Virus record (IMG/VR): IMGVR_UViG_3300008110_000030
Location: 62,001 to 126,000 of that record
Reading direction: 5' to 3' (one strand)
Length of the DNA stretch: 64,000 nt
Positions 17,748-26,979 of this stretch are shown piece after piece; the first letter of the stretch is position 1; the number at the start of each line of letters is the position of its first letter. Both the position numbers and the translations under genes were made by a program. The notes under the pieces are model-generated. The model did not search any database, was not told the DNA's origin, and saw only the letters and a list, made by a program, of their open reading frames with translations.

Positions 17748-18045
17748 GAGAATTAAACAGAATTTAGAAAAACGCGGCAAAGGCGTGGGTATTCGCATAG
17801 GTGTAAAAACCACAGGCTGTAGTGGATTGGCCTATACTATCGAATATGTGGATGAATACACTGCTGAACCTGGAGTCACTAATTTTGGTCAACCAGAATT
17901 TATTGTGCTGGTCGATGCCAAGAGTTTGGCTTATCTAAATGGTTTAACAATGGATTGGGTTCGCAACGGACTTAATGAAGGATTTGATTTTATTAATCCC
18001 AATGAGCGTGACCGCTGTGGATGTGGTGAAAGTTTTAGAGTTTAA
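17719..18045 (+). CDS. iscA: A-type Fe-S carrier IscA
   Basis: TTGCSGLAY, F.NPN...CGCGESF. Confidence 0.95.
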   Translation: MITVTDTARKRIKQNLEKRGKGVGIRIGVKTTGCSGLAYTIEYVDEYTAEPGVTNFGQPEFIVLVDAKSLAYLNGLTMDWVRNGLNEGFDFINPNERDRCGCGESFRV

Positions 18046-18329
18046 ATCTTACCAATTGGCAATGTACTGCTAACTGGCATATCCCAAATTTTTCTTTTAG
18101 TAATGCCCATTCGTTGGGCAAATTTTTTGACGTCACATTCTCCGCAAACATGAAAATATTTGTTGCTGAGTCTTTTGGGGTCTATCTTAGCATGATCCCT
18201 TGTAAAATCCCTGTCACAATTGTCACATCGAAAAACATTAATTGTTTTTGTTCTAGTATAATGATGTTCTTTGCCTAATTTACTGCTTCGAACATAATTA
18301 GAAATTTCTTTAAAGGATCGTATGAACAT
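18042..18329 (-). CDS. small Zn-finger-like protein
   Basis: CDNC and HVCGEC; TAAATA 5 nt before the ATG on the minus strand. Confidence 0.65.
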   Translation of the reverse strand: MFIRSFKEISNYVRSSKLGKEHHYTRTKTINVFRCDNCDRDFTRDHAKIDPKRLSNKYFHVCGECDVKKFAQRMGITKRKIWDMPVSSTLPIGKI

Positions 18330-18334
18330 GCCAT

Positions 18335-18370
18335 TATTTACATTAAGTTTATAAAACTATAAGGTAAATA
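18335..18370. promoter_or_regulatory. divergent pair of late-type TAAATA boxes
   Basis: TATTTA at 18335-18340 (minus) and TAAATA at 18365-18370 (plus). Confidence 0.6.
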
Positions 18371-18410
18371 AAGTGGACAGTTGGTATATCACCCAAATTT
18401 GGAGTTAATA

Positions 18411-21400
18411 ATGGCAAGAAAAGACGTTAATATTGGTTTAACAGGTAACGATGGAACAGGTGACAGCATACGTGATGCGTTTTCCAAAGTTAATGCAAAT
18501 TTCCAAGAACTTTACGCTAGTCAAGGTCTAGAGGCCGGACTAACATTTGATAACTTAGTTGACGTTATCAAACCACTAAGACCTAACACAGTTTTAGGCT
18601 TAGACAGTTTAGGAAAAACGATTGTTAGTAGAGATTTAGAAGCGGCTATTGGTATCAGTATTGATACAGCTACTGATCCATCTAAAATAATCTTTAGTAT
18701 TGCTAACGTTCAAATTCGACAAGACCCAACTCCTACGCTGTCAAACGTATTAGACGGAAGTGGTTTTAAATTAAGTTTTATTGGTGATCCTGAAAATGAC
18801 CAAGATGCTGTTACTAGAAAATGGGTTTATCAGAATTTCTTAAACAGAGACAATATTGACAAGTTGGGCACCTTTGATCTTGCTGCCGGCAGTGTCATGC
18901 GTCAGAACTTCAAAATTAGTCCTACTCCAGATAACGGCAACGTTAATGCTGGTACAAAAATTATTAGCGTTGTTGGATCTGACGGTGTTACTCCAAAGAA
19001 TGATGTTTTCTTAAAATTCCAAGCAACGCACCCTGCTCATGCAACACGTAAAGAATATGTAGATACTAAACTTTCTTTACAGGGAACTAACACACTAGAT
19101 CCAGCAACTGGCTTTGTAAACAAGGGCATGGGCGTGATGACTGGTCCATTAATATTAAATGACCACCCTGGTGACTATGTTGGTATCAATCGTCTTCCAG
19201 ACGGAACACTATTTGTACAAGAAGATTACAGAGCAGTTACTAAAGGATATGTAGATTCTAAGTCATATTCTAGTAGTGGTAATTTGTATGTTAGTACAAA
19301 AGGTAATGATGATATTTGGGATTTTGACAACGATCGTCCAAATCCAATCTATGGTTATCCAGAAGAAGAAATTGGTCGCAGTTGGAGTAAAGCATTTAAA
19401 TCATTGAATGCCGCATGTCGCTATGCAACTCGAATTATAGACACTGTTGAATTACAAAATACACCATACCAAGTTACGCCACAACAAATTACTCGTTGGG
19501 CTCCGCCATTTACAACTCCAATTACAAGCCCAAGAACTCGTGTGCGTGTAAGTTTACAAAATCATGGATTTCAAGATGGAGATTACGTTTTAGTTAGTGG
19601 AGCTATCTTAGGATCACTGGACACAAGAAATTTAAATGGTATCCATAGAGTTAATGCTTTAGATGTTAATAACTTTGAATTAAATTTAAAATCATTAGTA
19701 ACATGGCCAAATCCAGAAGTTGCTCCTGGCGGAACTATTAGCATTTCATTAGCTAACAAAAAGGATGGTCCTTACAGTATAACTTCTAAAGTCGATTTTG
19801 GATTTAGAGGATTCTTTGTACCAAAACCTGAAATTACTATTATGGTTGAGTCAGGTGTATATTTTGAAGAAGCTCCAATTTTTGTCCCACCTAACTGTGC
19901 TATTAAGGGTGACGAATTTAGACGTACATTAGTTAAACCAAAACCAGGTCCAGTTGACCCTGTTAAATCTCAACAGCTCAAGTTTGTTCGAGGCGACCGA
20001 AGCCAAAGTGCTACCTTTTGGTATAACACTCACTACTACCACCAACTTGCTAGATCAGTTGGAACTACTAACGTAGTTGGTAGTACAAAATTAGAAATTA
20101 AAAATAGTCCTTATAGACCAAAGAGTGGTATGAGGTTTATTGTAGGAACCGTTGGTGGAATACCTAATGTCTACAGAGTTGGGCGTGAAGTTAATATTGT
20201 TTACAAAGACCCAAATCCAGATTTAAACATTGCTCCAGGAACATATATTATGGACATTGTTGACGACAACGGTGATCCAAAACCACTAGCAACTGGTATC
20301 CCAGATTCATCAACAATTGAATTCTTGTTAGACAACGAGCACTGCGATGCATTATTGGTTGCTGATGCATTCCAATTGCGTAACCTAACACTTATTGGAT
20401 TCAAAGGCTTTGCTATGTCTTTTGATCCAAATAGACAAATCAAAACACGTTCTCCATATGCACAAGTTGGCGCTGTATTTGCTGGGGAAGGCGGTGGTGG
20501 TCAATTGGTTGACGGTATGTCTGGTAACCAAGTTTGCTACGTTCAAGACACTAGCTATACAGATCCGTTCACTGGTACACAAGGTTCTAGTGGTCTCAAA
20601 ATGACTGTTACTGGTCTTGTGCGTACTCCTGAAACTCCAAACACATTTTTCTTAGCTAAGAAAAAGTATGTCATTATTGATTCAACAACTCCAGATGCTA
20701 ATGGAACTGCTACATTAACATTGAGTACTACTACTCCAATTGAACTTGATGATACTTATTTGCCAGCAGGATTTATTCCAAACGGTTCTCAGATTTTAAT
20801 TGAAACTGCTGGTAATAGATCTATGTTGTCTAATGACTTTACCATGATCAACGATTTAGGTTATGGTCTAGTTTGTGAAAACAACGGTGTTGCAGAAGCA
20901 GTTAGTCAATTTACATACTATTGCCGTGCCAGCTATTTGTCTAGATCAGGCGGTCAAATTCGTTCTGTAACAGGCTCAAGTTGTTATGGTATTGTTGGTT
21001 TACAATCTGAAGGTAGCGATCCTAACGAAGCTATTCAAATTGGTAGAGTTAAAACTGACATTGGTAACATCATGCAAGTGTATATTGATGATCCAGATGC
21101 AGATGGTAACCAAGGTGCTGTAAATTTAGTAATGGGCGGCTTGGCTAGCAAGCCTATAAGAAATGCCACATTCAAACTGACCAAACATGAAGTTATTATT
21201 AAAAATATTGCTAGAGCAAGATTGCCAGGTGGGACATTAACTAATGGTCCTCTAGTAGTAACTACATATTATCCTCACCCTTTCTCAACTGGAGAAAGTG
21301 TACAAATGACCAGTGTTCGAGGATTGCAATTGCCTGCAATTCCTCCAAGTACTACTCCTAGAACAACTGATGTTGACGGCAGAGTTTACACAATTACCTC

Positions 21401-24400
21401 TATCAGTGACCATACCTTTACGTTAGATGGTTCTGAGAGTACTAACTATATCAATGATTTAGGAACTTATAATTTTGCTGACTTGCCGGCTCGCGCTATA
21501 TCCAATTTAGTAATTGGGGCACAAGACGTTGTATTCTCAATTAAAGGTGATCCAAGCCCATCTAATATTACAGGTAGAGCAAGGTTTGATGGAATTCCTG
21601 GTGAAAACCAAGCTGGTCAAAACGTACTAAAACTTCAACGTCTACAACGTCCAGCTGTTGTTGGAATGAAAACAACTATACCTGGCGGTGTACTGACCTA
21701 CACTGTAACTGGTGTTACTGAAAAAACGGTCACATTCAAACCTTCTCCAAGACCAACTCCTACTGGTGATAATGATAATAAAATTGGCGCACAGACCATT
21801 TATATCTATACCACTACAGACATTACAACAGGTGCTATTAGTGGTACTACTCTTACTGCTACTAATCTAGATCAAAATAATGTTGGTCAATTGGTCACAG
21901 GCGACACTGTAGCTGCCAACACTTATATTATTGAAGTTACCAGTCCAACAACTGCAACAGTTTCAATTAGTCAAAGTGTTACTAATAGAACTTTAGAATT
22001 AAGTTGGGTGCCTAAGATAGGTTGGAGTTTCCAACATTTAGACACCAACATGGGTCTACAGTTAACTTATACAAGATATACAATTACTGATACCCCAGTT
22101 TATGATGCAGTGTCAAACAGATGGGCTGTGACATTAGATACTCCTCTAACAGTTAACATGCAAAATCAAGAGGCAACTGGTCAGACTACCATCGTTGATG
22201 GCATATGGGACGTTACTTTAAATTATGATTTAGAAGTGAGTATCGTTAATAGTGTGACTCCTGTGTCATTTACATTTGTTGATTCATATTGGGTTACAAG
22301 TATTGATCCATCGCTGACTAACCCAATACCTACAGTCACTGATGCATATAATAGGACTCGTGCTCGTAAAATAAACTTGTATCAACAAAAGACAATTAGT
22401 GTAAGTCAAATTTTAAACAGACCTGCTATTATTAACAGTTCCGCCTTAAGATTTTCAGCTTCAAATTATGATCCAAGTATATACCGTATTTTAGGTAAGA
22501 CATCTGATGGCGGCATTACTCAAGACAAATACGCTGTTACTACAACAATAAATCCATTAAGTGGTCTCAACACCAATGCTGTACAAAAAGTATCAGATAA
22601 CAAAATTTGGATACAATCTGAAGTTATTGATTATTTGGCCACAATTTATCCTAACTTCCAATATAACATCAACACATGCTTCCGTGACGTTGGGTACATT
22701 ATTGATGCCGTTCTTTATGACTTGACCTATGGTGGTAACGTAAGAAGTCGTGCCGCTGGTATTAGTTATTATCAGCAAGGTAATCCAAGTGCGGCTCTTG
22801 TATTGAGTCAGCAAAAAATAGAAACTATTGATGCAATTAATTTTGCCACCACTGCGGCAATTACTGCACTGAATCAATACAGTGGTGCAACTATACCACA
22901 ACTACAACTACCATATCGTGGAAGCAATTTAAATGGTGTTGCACAAATACAAGCAAATAAATTATTTGTACAAGATGAAGTTATTGCATTTTTAGCACAA
23001 ACATACCCATCTTTACAATTTAATCAAACTACTTGCCGTAGAGACGTTGGTTTAATTCTTGATGCTGTTGCCTATGACTTAGAATATGGTGGTAACGTAG
23101 CAACTAGAACGGCTGCTCTAGCATATTATGACGGTTCAACAAGTTCACAATATGTGTTGTCTAATCAAAAAACACAAACCATTGCTGCCGTTAATAGAGC
23201 ATCAACTGTTGTTCAACAGATTGTTTTAGAAACAACTGTGACTGCAACAGCTGGAAATACATCAACGCAAAACACTGCTGGAACTCCTGGAGTTGCTGGG
23301 GTCGACAACGTACGAGTTCAAGAATTAATGAACATTATAACCAATGTTCTACAGAACGGTACTTCAGTTGCTCCTGTTAGAAATTTAGGTATTAGAAGAA
23401 GTTACCAAGATCCTTTAAGTATAGATTACGTTGCACAAGATATTGACAGTGGCATTGTAGCTGAAGCTGGAGCGGCAACTGCTTTACAAGCCTTAATGGA
23501 TCAAATTGTAGCAATAATTCAATTTGGTGCTACTGGCCCTCATGTTATTGTTCAACCACAAGTGTTGGACACACTACAAGCAATTGACTTCCCACCAACT
23601 GCAACATCACTACAATATGGTGCAGTATTAACTGGTATAGGAATTCCTAGAGCAGGAGTAGGTGGCGTAACTGAAGATACATTTATTAGAACTGTAACGC
23701 AGTTGTTTGACGAAAATCAAAATACAATTGGCTATAGAGCTAGAATTAGTGCTCCAGTCACACAAGCGATTCCTGCTGGTACAGAGATTACTATTACTGG
23801 TCCAGGCAGTGACTTCTTATTTGACCTAAACACCCCACTAGACCTTAGACACTTAGCTGGAGATGTAATTGGTATTACTACTACATTCTCAACAGTACGT
23901 GCAACTGGACATGATTTCTTAAACGTTGGTGCAGGTGGTTATGATGATTCTAACTATCCTAACAACGTTTATGGTCAACCAGTTAATACACCATCTGATA
24001 GTGCAATTGCCACAGAAGTTGGAACAGGTCGTGTGTTCCACGTGTCCACTGATCAAAATGGTAACTTTAGAGTAGGTAGTTTCTTTAACGTTAACCAAGG
24101 CGACGGCTCTGTTAGTATTAGTGCTAAGATTGGTCTAAGTGCTGTTACAAGTTTAAGTTTCTTAACTGGTGCAACTGTTAACCAATTCTCAACTGATTCT
24201 AAATTAGACGACAACAGTGATAACATTGTTTCAACACAGAAAGCAATGAAGACCTACATCAATAACTTGATTGATGGTCGCTTTACAATTGATAACACTG
24301 ATACTCCACAACGAGGTCTATTAAGACTTGACGGTGAGAGCATTATGGTTGGCGATTTAGACATTGGTTTAAACAGTGTTGAACGTATAGTAAACAGTCC

Positions 24401-26942
24401 AAACAATGACGGTGCTGTCAATAGAAAATATGTAGATAATGTATTTGCAGGCGGAACTATTAATTATGATGGTTCTTATGAAATTGAAACAACTGGCAGT
24501 AGAACAAATGTATTAGCATTTACTATGATAACCGACAACACTTCAGTTGGCGGTGTTCCAAATAATAAGGGCGGAATTGATCTTAACAATAATAAGATAG
24601 TAAGTCTGAAAGCTCCAACTGAGTTGACAGATGCTGCCAATAGAGCTTATGTTGATCAGACCATTGCCACAGGCGGTGTAAGAACAGGTTGGACTGGATT
24701 CACACTTTCTAATACTACTATAAGAAATACTGTATCTAGTATCAGTATGGTAAACAACGGTGGCGGTTATCTTGTTCCACCAGTGGTTGTAATTTACTCT
24801 ACTAGTGGTACTGGTGCTGCCGCAAGAGCAGTTCTTACTGCTGGAAGTGGTGCAAGAAGTGTTAACAACATTATTGTTGACAGTGGCGGGTATGGTTACA
24901 CTGAAGCCCCAATGATTATTATTGGCGGCAGTGTGTCAAATGTAAACGTAAACAGTTCTGGATCAGGGTATAGCAGTGCCCCAACATTGACCTTTAGTGC
25001 TCCTCCAACTGGTGGTATTAGAGCTACTGGTTATGCTGTTATGCAAGGAAGCGGATCAAATCAAATTATTAGTAGCATTGTAATTACTAATGCAGGTGCG
25101 GGCTATACACTTGCACCAACTATTGCGCAATCTGGCGGTGGTTCACCTACTGTGACTGCAATTATTACTGCTGTTTTACAACCAGGATCAGGCGCAACAG
25201 CTACCGCAGGTATTACTGCTACTCTAAGAAATATTGATTTAAATGGTAACAAGGTAACTGGCTCTGCTGATCCAACACAAAATACAGATTTAGTAACTTT
25301 AAATTATTTTAATACTAAAAACTTTATTGGCGAAATTGCTGACGTAACTATAACCAATGTTCCTGCAAGTGGTGATTTATTAGTATTCACAGGTACTGTA
25401 CCAGCAGGAAGTAAAGGTGCTATGGTCAACGTGGCAGTTGATTCAAGTAGTGATATTTCGTTTGTAAGAAGTGCTAATACAATTGCTGTTAATATTAAAG
25501 ACAATGCTATTATTGATAGCAACATTGCTCCTAATGCCGCAATTCAACAAACTAAATTATTGTTGAGTCGAGCAAATTCAGTTACTGAAGGCGCTGTACC
25601 TGGTGTTGGTGATTTTGGTATATCGTCATTTAATGCTACTGAATTTATCAGTGATAATGGTTTAATTAAACTACGTCAGTCAGAAAGTAAAAATACTGGT
25701 GTTCGTTTAGATAGAATGCAACAGATCACTAATTATCGAATACTAGGAAGATACAATGTTACTGAAGGTGAAACTTCAGTTGGCCCTATTACTGAAGTCC
25801 CGGTAACAGATTTAAAACAATTACTAGGATTGAGTGCCGCAACTGTTCAAGTTCTTATTAGTGATGACATTTTAGGTGGTAAACAAGTTGATAGTGGCAA
25901 TCCACTAAATCCATTACTTGCTACCAACTGGAATGGTAGTGCATCGTTTGGTGCGCTATTAAGACGTGGCGGATCAATGATTGGTAAAATAGTCATGACT
26001 GATGCTGGGGGATTGCCAGCAGGTGATGCAAATATTACTCCAATTATTGGTGTTGGCGCCGGCCTCACTGACAAGTTAGACATTGGTACAAGCTCATTAA
26101 GATTTAGAAACGTATTCTCTAAGAATCACTATGGTGACGTATTTGAAGGTGCAACATTTGGTAGTGCTAGTGCCCCGACAACACAAGGTAGTGGAGCAAC
26201 ATTTAATGGAACTGCTACATTTGCTGGAAGTTCTGGAGCATTACAATTTGCGTTGGTTGCAGGTGGAGATATTGCTCTTAGAAATGGCGCAAATAATGTA
26301 AACTTTAATGGAAGTCAACAAGTTACTGTCAGTGTGCTAGCAGAAAGTGGTACTGTAAACAACAGTCTTGTAAGAAGAACTAGTGATGGTCAAATTAATG
26401 CAAGTCAGTTTAATGGTCCGTTAAATGGGTTGGCTACAAATGCAACTAACTTGCGTTTAGGAACTACTGATTATCCAGCAAGTGACAGTGCAAGTAGCAC
26501 TTCAGTTCCGTTACGTATTAACGGAGTAATAAAGGCTACTACTTTTGAAGGTAAAGCAACCAGTGCCAACTATGCTGACTTAGCTGAAAATTATCAAGCT
26601 GACTTTGCATATGAGCCTGGTACTGTACTTGAATTTGGTGGCGCTCACGAAGTTACTGTTGCACAAGATGAAACTAGAAAGGTAGCAGGGGTTGTATCAA
26701 CAAGACCAGCACATTTAATGAATACTGAACTACAAGGTGAAAATGTTGTAGCACTTGCACTACAAGGGCGTGTTCCATGTAAAGTACGTGGTAAGATTAG
26801 TAAAGGCGACCTAATGGTTAGTGCCGGAGGTGGTTATGCTCGTCCAACACACGATCCAAAAATTGGAACAATTATTGGAAAAGCGTTAGAAGACTTTGAT
26901 GGTGTTGAAGGTGTCATTGAAGTGGTTGTTGGAAGATTGTAA
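18411..26942 (+). CDS. giant baseplate/tail-fiber protein (~2843 aa)
   Basis: GGAG RBS before ATG 18411; N-terminal NIG..NDGTGD..R.AF.KVN.NF (T4 gp9/gp10-like); DAxxKxYVD fiber repeats; GxGY..aPt repeats; C-terminal ADLAENY...GRVPCKV.G...GD...IGKAL chaperone-like domain. Confidence 0.85.
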   Translation: MARKDVNIGLTGNDGTGDSIRDAFSKVNANFQELYASQGLEAGLTFDNLVDVIKPLRPNTVLGLDSLGKTIVSRDLEAAIGISIDTATDPSKIIFSIANVQIRQDPTPTLSNVLDGSGFKLSFIGDPENDQDAVTRKWVYQNFLNRDNIDKLGTFDLAAGSVMRQNFKISPTPDNGNVNAGTKIISVVGSDGVTPKNDVFLKFQATHPAHATRKEYVDTKLSLQGTNTLDPATGFVNKGMGVMTGPLILNDHPGDYVGINRLPDGTLFVQEDYRAVTKGYVDSKSYSSSGNLYVSTKGNDDIWDFDNDRPNPIYGYPEEEIGRSWSKAFKSLNAACRYATRIIDTVELQNTPYQVTPQQITRWAPPFTTPITSPRTRVRVSLQNHGFQDGDYVLVSGAILGSLDTRNLNGIHRVNALDVNNFELNLKSLVTWPNPEVAPGGTISISLANKKDGPYSITSKVDFGFRGFFVPKPEITIMVESGVYFEEAPIFVPPNCAIKGDEFRRTLVKPKPGPVDPVKSQQLKFVRGDRSQSATFWYNTHYYHQLARSVGTTNVVGSTKLEIKNSPYRPKSGMRFIVGTVGGIPNVYRVGREVNIVYKDPNPDLNIAPGTYIMDIVDDNGDPKPLATGIPDSSTIEFLLDNEHCDALLVADAFQLRNLTLIGFKGFAMSFDPNRQIKTRSPYAQVGAVFAGEGGGGQLVDGMSGNQVCYVQDTSYTDPFTGTQGSSGLKMTVTGLVRTPETPNTFFLAKKKYVIIDSTTPDANGTATLTLSTTTPIELDDTYLPAGFIPNGSQILIETAGNRSMLSNDFTMINDLGYGLVCENNGVAEAVSQFTYYCRASYLSRSGGQIRSVTGSSCYGIVGLQSEGSDPNEAIQIGRVKTDIGNIMQVYIDDPDADGNQGAVNLVMGGLASKPIRNATFKLTKHEVIIKNIARARLPGGTLTNGPLVVTTYYPHPFSTGESVQMTSVRGLQLPAIPPSTTPRTTDVDGRVYTITSISDHTFTLDGSESTNYINDLGTYNFADLPARAISNLVIGAQDVVFSIKGDPSPSNITGRARFDGIPGENQAGQNVLKLQRLQRPAVVGMKTTIPGGVLTYTVTGVTEKTVTFKPSPRPTPTGDNDNKIGAQTIYIYTTTDITTGAISGTTLTATNLDQNNVGQLVTGDTVAANTYIIEVTSPTTATVSISQSVTNRTLELSWVPKIGWSFQHLDTNMGLQLTYTRYTITDTPVYDAVSNRWAVTLDTPLTVNMQNQEATGQTTIVDGIWDVTLNYDLEVSIVNSVTPVSFTFVDSYWVTSIDPSLTNPIPTVTDAYNRTRARKINLYQQKTISVSQILNRPAIINSSALRFSASNYDPSIYRILGKTSDGGITQDKYAVTTTINPLSGLNTNAVQKVSDNKIWIQSEVIDYLATIYPNFQYNINTCFRDVGYIIDAVLYDLTYGGNVRSRAAGISYYQQGNPSAALVLSQQKIETIDAINFATTAAITALNQYSGATIPQLQLPYRGSNLNGVAQIQANKLFVQDEVIAFLAQTYPSLQFNQTTCRRDVGLILDAVAYDLEYGGNVATRTAALAYYDGSTSSQYVLSNQKTQTIAAVNRASTVVQQIVLETTVTATAGNTSTQNTAGTPGVAGVDNVRVQELMNIITNVLQNGTSVAPVRNLGIRRSYQDPLSIDYVAQDIDSGIVAEAGAATALQALMDQIVAIIQFGATGPHVIVQPQVLDTLQAIDFPPTATSLQYGAVLTGIGIPRAGVGGVTEDTFIRTVTQLFDENQNTIGYRARISAPVTQAIPAGTEITITGPGSDFLFDLNTPLDLRHLAGDVIGITTTFSTVRATGHDFLNVGAGGYDDSNYPNNVYGQPVNTPSDSAIATEVGTGRVFHVSTDQNGNFRVGSFFNVNQGDGSVSISAKIGLSAVTSLSFLTGATVNQFSTDSKLDDNSDNIVSTQKAMKTYINNLIDGRFTIDNTDTPQRGLLRLDGESIMVGDLDIGLNSVERIVNSPNNDGAVNRKYVDNVFAGGTINYDGSYEIETTGSRTNVLAFTMITDNTSVGGVPNNKGGIDLNNNKIVSLKAPTELTDAANRAYVDQTIATGGVRTGWTGFTLSNTTIRNTVSSISMVNNGGGYLVPPVVVIYSTSGTGAAARAVLTAGSGARSVNNIIVDSGGYGYTEAPMIIIGGSVSNVNVNSSGSGYSSAPTLTFSAPPTGGIRATGYAVMQGSGSNQIISSIVITNAGAGYTLAPTIAQSGGGSPTVTAIITAVLQPGSGATATAGITATLRNIDLNGNKVTGSADPTQNTDLVTLNYFNTKNFIGEIADVTITNVPASGDLLVFTGTVPAGSKGAMVNVAVDSSSDISFVRSANTIAVNIKDNAIIDSNIAPNAAIQQTKLLLSRANSVTEGAVPGVGDFGISSFNATEFISDNGLIKLRQSESKNTGVRLDRMQQITNYRILGRYNVTEGETSVGPITEVPVTDLKQLLGLSAATVQVLISDDILGGKQVDSGNPLNPLLATNWNGSASFGALLRRGGSMIGKIVMTDAGGLPAGDANITPIIGVGAGLTDKLDIGTSSLRFRNVFSKNHYGDVFEGATFGSASAPTTQGSGATFNGTATFAGSSGALQFALVAGGDIALRNGANNVNFNGSQQVTVSVLAESGTVNNSLVRRTSDGQINASQFNGPLNGLATNATNLRLGTTDYPASDSASSTSVPLRINGVIKATTFEGKATSANYADLAENYQADFAYEPGTVLEFGGAHEVTVAQDETRKVAGVVSTRPAHLMNTELQGENVVALALQGRVPCKVRGKISKGDLMVSAGGGYARPTHDPKIGTIIGKALEDFDGVEGVIEVVVGRL

Positions 26943-26979
26943 GATATCCTAAAATAAATAAGATAAACAGGAACGAAAA

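Noticed and set aside
14710-18045. Host contamination or a chimeric join explaining the Fe-S genes
   Set aside because: The genes overlap phage-style, carry the same promoter types as their neighbours, and the flanks are continuous phage sequence. Read coverage would settle it.
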